Assembly (NCBI RefSeq): GCF_009914755.1
Contig: NC_060936.1
DNA from: the human T2T-CHM13v2.0 reference genome, Homo sapiens
DNA length: 64,000 bases
Direction: 5' to 3' (one strand)
Shown one piece after another: positions 58,332 through 64,000 of this stretch. The notes under the pieces were generated by a model. That model did no database searches. It was not told the DNA's origin and saw only the letters and a list, made by a program, of their open reading frames with translations. The first letter of the stretch is position 1. Every line of letters begins with the position of its first letter. The translations under genes and the position numbers were made by a program.

Positions 58332-59733
58332 GCAAGCTATGTCACATATTTGTTGACTCTATGTCTCCCTCAATAGAATGCAAGTTTTATTAATGCAGTG
58401 AGTTTGTTAGTCTTCTGAACCATTATATTCCCAACTACCAAAAAAGAACCTAGGATAAAGTAGGTCCTTAATAATTCTGTATGATTAAATGAAGAATGAC
58501 TTTGCGTAAATGAATTACCTAATGCATAAACATTATAGCACGATTAATAAAACATAAAAAGGAACAAATGTCAACCCACAGTTTTGCCATCCTAATAAAT
58601 CAAGCCTTTAAATTATGTTTTCTTCTCTTTAGCCACATGATTACAATATTATACATAGTTTTACTCACAGCATTGCAAATATAATTTTTAGTCTATTGGT
58701 TATTTTAAGTTAATACAAAATATTTCTAGGTTGTTATAGTGTTCAAACTATACATTTCTCATGGTGTTTATGTTTCATTATATAGATATACAACAATTTG
58801 CTAAATTGTCGGGATTTTTAAAATGAAGTTTTTAATATTAGAGGTAACAACACAGCAATGTTTACATTTTTTTAACAAGTAACAGAGCTAGATTAGGTGA
58901 TTTTCAGAAATATTAGGTTAGCAATAGGGGATGTATATTTTTAATTCCATACAATGAACAAAGAGGCATAGCTTGTTGCACTTTACCAAAGGCAATCAGA
59001 CAGGTGTTAGAAAAGGCTTTCACATTTTAGGTGGGCCTGATAGAAAGACTATAAATTAAAGGGAGAATAAACTTCAAGTTTTGCCTGACCTCTAGAATTG
59101 TTTTTGAATTATCTTTACAATTTTCCTGACCTTAAATAAATTGTTTTTTAATGGGCATGCAGACTTAGATTATGTCCTCAAGTTCTCTGCATAGATGCTA
59201 CAGATGCTAATAAGAGGTTGTAAATAGAGATAGTACCAGGTTCATAGTAATATAGTTAGAAATGTTTGATCTTTAGAGCACAAGTTACTTAATTTGAATA
59301 GTAAGAGCGTTTCTCTCAGTTTAATCTAATAGTGGTCTCAAAAGCTGACAATGTAACAAATGTACATTTTACCACATTTTGGTGATACACTGAGTGAAAT
59401 CTGGTTTGAAAAGGTATAATCTAATGCTACTTCCTAAGTCCTTGATACAAACAAGTAGAAGCTTCTTGACATATAAGGTAATGGAGTAGGAATATCAAGA
59501 ATCCTTATGTATCTACTATAGACTGTAAGATCAGAGTCACCAGCAGCATTAAATATTGTTTCACAAAAATGCTTAAATGCTTGCTCTAGTACTCCAACTA
59601 ATTCTTTGACCTATTTGCAGAAAAGCTTTTGAGGGCTTCAGGCTTGACTTGAAGTACAATAGAAATTATTACATTAAATGAAATCTTTTTAATCTTTTTT
59701 TCTTCAGATTACAAAAGTAATGCATATATTCAT

Positions 59734-60118
59734 TGTCTTAGTTAGGTTAGACTAAGCTATGGTAACAAATTCCAAAATTTCAGGGGACTAACATTTATTT
59801 TTGGCTCATATATATCAGCGTGGCTCTCCTCCGTGCAATAAATCTGAACTGAATTTCCTCCCATCTTATGGCTTTATCATTCTCATCAGCCTCCGCAAGC
59901 AGCCAAAACTAGAGAAAAGAAATCATGGAAGAGACCTACTCACTCTGTAAAAGCCTCAGATGAGAATAACACATTTCATTTCCATTCACATATTTAGCTG
60001 CATAACTATACTTTGTCCACAAGGGAGTTAGAAATATATAGTCTCAACATGTTCATGATGATAATCCTATTAATATAAAAGGAGAGAATAAAATTTTGAG
60101 GAAAAAGTCTGTTCCACA
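59734..60118 (-). mobile_element. Old MaLR LTR (MLT1-like)
   Basis: tgtcttagttaggttagactaagctatggtaacaaa...aacacatttcatttccattcacat. Confidence 0.5.
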
Positions 60119-60289
60119 TTTATACAACATTGAAACATCATGAAAATATGCCTTTAAAAGTAAAAATTCCTCTTAAAACTGCCCCTCAGAAACAACTACT
60201 GTCAAGAATTTGTTACATATTCCAACTCACTTTATTCATATGCTTGAATATGTTTTAAATAAGTCTATAGTGTGCCTAATAGTTTTAAA

Positions 60290-60745
60290 CTTTAGAATAA
60301 AATCAAAGCATTTTAATATGGATAATAAGATGTTAAAGAGATTACTAAAGAACTTCATCTCCCCTTCCTCACTGCATATCAGCCACATGATTTTTACTTC
60401 TGTTCGGGAAATATTCCCATTTACTTTGCAATTTTCTCTGTCTGAAACCTTCCAATTCATTGCAGAATGAGAGCCTTATTCTCCAGATCTCAACTCAGAG
60501 GGCATCTCCTCAGAGAAGTCTTCCTTCAGCATTAATCAAAGATGGTCTTTTCCACTCAACCAACTCTAGCTCAACAAAAATTTAAATTCCTTTTCACTGC
60601 CTGAAATAATTTTCTTTACTTATCTCCACTAAAATGTAATCTGCAAAACAAAAGGACCTTATCTATCTCGTTCAGCACTGTGTGCTCAGTATATACAATG
60701 ATGCCTGATGTTATAGGTGCTGGATGAATGAGTGTATGAATGGAT
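60290..60745 (+). mobile_element. L2 3' end
   Basis: ctccagatctcaactcaga..catctcctcagagaagtcttcc...ggacctt...gatgaatgagtgtatgaatgg. Confidence 0.7.
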
Positions 60746-61252
60746 GTATCTATGGTTGTGTAACAAACCAACTGAAAATGTAGTGGCTTAAAAATTAATT
60801 TAACAATGATTTGTTATTTTTCATGACTATGGATCAAGAACTCAGGCAATGCTCAGTTGAGTGGTTATTCTACTATACATGATTGTAGCTGGATTCACTC
60901 ATATGTAGCTAGCTGCAGCCAGCTGGGAGGTCCCAACGTACTAACCAAATGTACTAAGTGGATTTCTCATGCATCAGGTGTCTTTCTATATTACTTCTAA
61001 TTATCAAATCATCTAGCCTGGACTTCTTTACATCATGGCTGCTGAGATCCAAGAAGAAGGAATAAAAGTTGTAGTATCTTTTAAGGTCTAGAGTAGAAAT
61101 CCAAGAATATTACTTCCACTGTATTCAATTAGTTTAAGCAAGTGATAGTCCAGCGCAGGCTCAAGGAAAGAGAAAGGAGACCAGATTTCTTCGAGTCTGT
61201 GCATGTACAACAAAGGGAGGAATTATTGAAAGCTACATATGGAGATTATATA
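60746..61252 (-). mobile_element. Old MaLR LTR (MLT1H-like)
   Basis: tgtgtaacaaacca..gaaaatgtagtggcttaaa...tctagcctggacttctttacatcatggctg. Confidence 0.6.
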
Positions 61253-61269
61253 CCCCAGTCCCAATAACT

Positions 61270-61935
61270 GTGTCAGTCAGGACACAATCAGTGAATCACT
61301 AATAGTTAATATTACAGTTATAGAATAAGTTGTAGAATAGTTACAGAATAAGAATTTTTTTTTGTAGGAATTAGACCTTAAACAATTGTGGGAGAAGCTT
61401 GAAAATTAAAGTCTGAAAAGGGAGGTTGGAGGATCAGAGGTGTCATCCACAGTCAATCTGAGATGCCACATAGATTCAACCACCAAAAAAGGATCATAAA
61501 AGAGGAGTGGGTGGAGATACCTACAGGAAGGTGTTATCTTTATGGGTTCCCATGTAATTATCTGGTGATGAACTTCGGGCCACGGATGGTCACTAGGGCC
61601 TGCAATTGGAGAGAAGAACTAGACAGACACTGGAACAAAGCCAAGCAGAAACTTGCCAGCATTTGTGTACCTCTTGTCTGGGTCTGAGACTGACGGTCAG
61701 CAAGGCCAGGAGTCCAAAAGAAGAGCTTGACACATAGTTGAGATGCATAGGGAAAAGCTAAAGCCCAACAGGCACCTCTATATTTGTCTGTCATTTCAGA
61801 TAACCATGATGACCATAAGAAAATGAAGCCATTGCTTGCTTCTGCTTTCCAGATCTCAAGCAAATTACTCTTTTGACCAACTATAACCTGAAACCATTCA
61901 TGAAAAGAGTTGGGAGAACATAATTAAATTGATAC
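61270..61935. mobile_element. Probable old ERVL-type LTR (family unresolved)
   Basis: tgtgtcagtcagg start; ggaattagaccttaaacaattgtggga motif. Confidence 0.4.
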
Positions 61936-62499
61936 TTTAGAAATCACAAAAATGTACTTATTCTTTTCATTGGTCAACATAGCCTGGATATCTTTCAAAA
62001 TCAATACATGGACATCTTTCTCATTATTTTTAATAGCTGTATAATTTCTTTCCAAGTTCTGGTATTGCAAGCAATGCTGCAGTGAATTGCCTTGAACAAG
62101 AATTCTTTTCAATTGTGAGAGGTCTGTAGAATAAATTTCTAGGAGTGGAAATGCTAGCATAAAGGGTATATAAAATTTTAAAGCAGTTATTGCCAAAATG
62201 TCTTCAAATAGACTGTAACTATATTGTTTTGGAGACTGCCATAATTGAGTCAGCCTCTCTCTCAGATGGATCATATTGTGATTCTCATAATTGCAATGAA
62301 AAGGAAATTGCAAGGCACAGAGGAACAAAATGAAATTAAATGCCTTCATCTGCCTTTTAGTCCTGATTAAACATAGAGTACCTAAAATGTTTGAATATTA
62401 TCCACTCTGATTTTAGTCTTGTCCCTGAAGGTGAGAGTGTACTCCTTTGAAGAGTCCTAAATTCCAGACATATTAAAAGGTAAATAAGGAAAAATAAGG

Positions 62500-62798
<299 letters not shown>

Positions 62799-63067
62799 GG
62801 AAGGAAGGAAGGAGAGATGCTTTGGTCCATGATCATTTTCCCTGGACAGAGATCAATGTCAACAATGAAATGTAGCCAGCCTCTCAGGGTTTTTCCCTGT
62901 AGGCCTCTATTTAAGCAAAATCTCTTTATACATGCTCAGCTGAGAAATAAAATACTTTTCTCTCCATTAAGTTTAGTTAGCAAGTTTGCTGAACACTAGA
63001 GGCTCAAGAATGGGCTTTAGATACATTTTTTACTCTCCCTAATAGGAAAGGTGAGGATAATAATGAC

Positions 63068-63240
63068 AGAGATCTCAACCTTGTGCTCGTTAGAATCCCC
63101 TGGGAGTATGCTAAAAATTAGCAATATCTATGCTCCAGTTCCAGAGATTTTGAGCTGATTGGTTGGAGGTATCCAGCGTTGGTATTGTCTAAATGATATC
63201 CATGTGTTTCTCATGTGCAGCCAGAGTGAGAACCTCTACC
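63068..63240. mobile_element. MER5-type hAT-Charlie MITE
   Basis: tctcaacctt...ttagaatcccctgggag...ccagagatt...atgtgcagccagagtgagaacc. Confidence 0.75.
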
Positions 63241-63389
63241 TTGGAGAAGAAGCACTCCATTCCGGTGACAACTGGAATACCTCATTTACAATTGATATCT
63301 GTAGGACTCGTATTATCCAGTCCCATTAGAAGAAAAGAAATTACTCAGCTTTCATTAATTGGAGATTTTTCTGAAAATTCCCCTAAAAC

Positions 63390-64000
63390 AAATGTTTGCC
63401 ACTCCTGCTTACAAAGTTTGAAAGTGTCTGTGTCCCCACACCCTGGCAAATACTAGTTATTATTAGTAATTTCCTTTTCTTTCTTTTTGTTAAACGGAGT
63501 GGAGTCAACTACTTCAACATTGTTTCAAATATATCCTTTGCATTATTGCTGAGATTGAACATCTTTTAATAAGTTCTTTGGACATCATGCCTACTGTGAA
63601 TTGCCTGTTCATATTTGTGCTTTATTTTTTGTTGGACTGCTCATTTTTCTTTCATTTATTTGCAAAGGCTATTCATGTAGATAATATCCATTTGTCTTTT
63701 ATATATGCTATACACATTTTCCCCAGTTATTCACTTATTTTTTAACTTTTGTATGGTGATTTAAGAAGAAAATTGTTTAGTCAAATCTGTCAATACTTTC
63801 TTATTTTCTTTCATGTCGCCCTCAATCCTATATTATTTTTTAAAAGACTACATTTTCTATTGTGTTTGTTTTAATGTTTCATTCTATAATCTTTCTGAAA
63901 TTAGTATAAGTAGCCAATTATTTTACATTAATTAGCACAACACAATCTATTATTACAGCACACTTCCATTTTAAGATACATTTTTTACAAGTTATAAGTG
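63390..64000 (-). mobile_element. Old L1 (L1ME-type) fragment
   Basis: gagattgaacatctttt...tgtgaattgcctgttcatat...tagtcaaatctgtcaat antisense ORF2 end. Confidence 0.7.

Overview
AT-rich, repeat-dense primate genomic DNA. L1PA2-4-type 3' ends point to a hominoid or human source. I recognise no protein-coding gene, and the longer listed ORFs are mostly Alu, L1 or MaLR read-throughs. The window holds the 3' half of a decayed ERV1 (MER34/MER4-group) provirus, with readable integrase and env-TM remnants and a 3' LTR. It also holds 13 Alus, many L1 fragments (two with twin-priming 5' inversions), L2/MIR, several MaLR/ERVL LTRs and DNA-transposon MITEs (MER53, Tigger3, MADE1, MER5). I see no new cellular system. 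The most unusual structures are retroelement hybrids: (i) a chimeric provirus with an MLT2A (HERV-L) 5' LTR and a THE1-type body and 3' LTR inside one 5-bp TSD pair; (ii) a convergent THE1A/MSTA fusion; (iii) a tailless, internally primed Alu with an 18-bp TSD; (iv) unexplained DNA lodged inside an MLT1 LTR and inside an L2. There is also one strong small minus-strand exon candidate and several RFX and DUX4 motifs. All repeat names come from recalled consensus similarity. Boundaries of old repeats are approximate.
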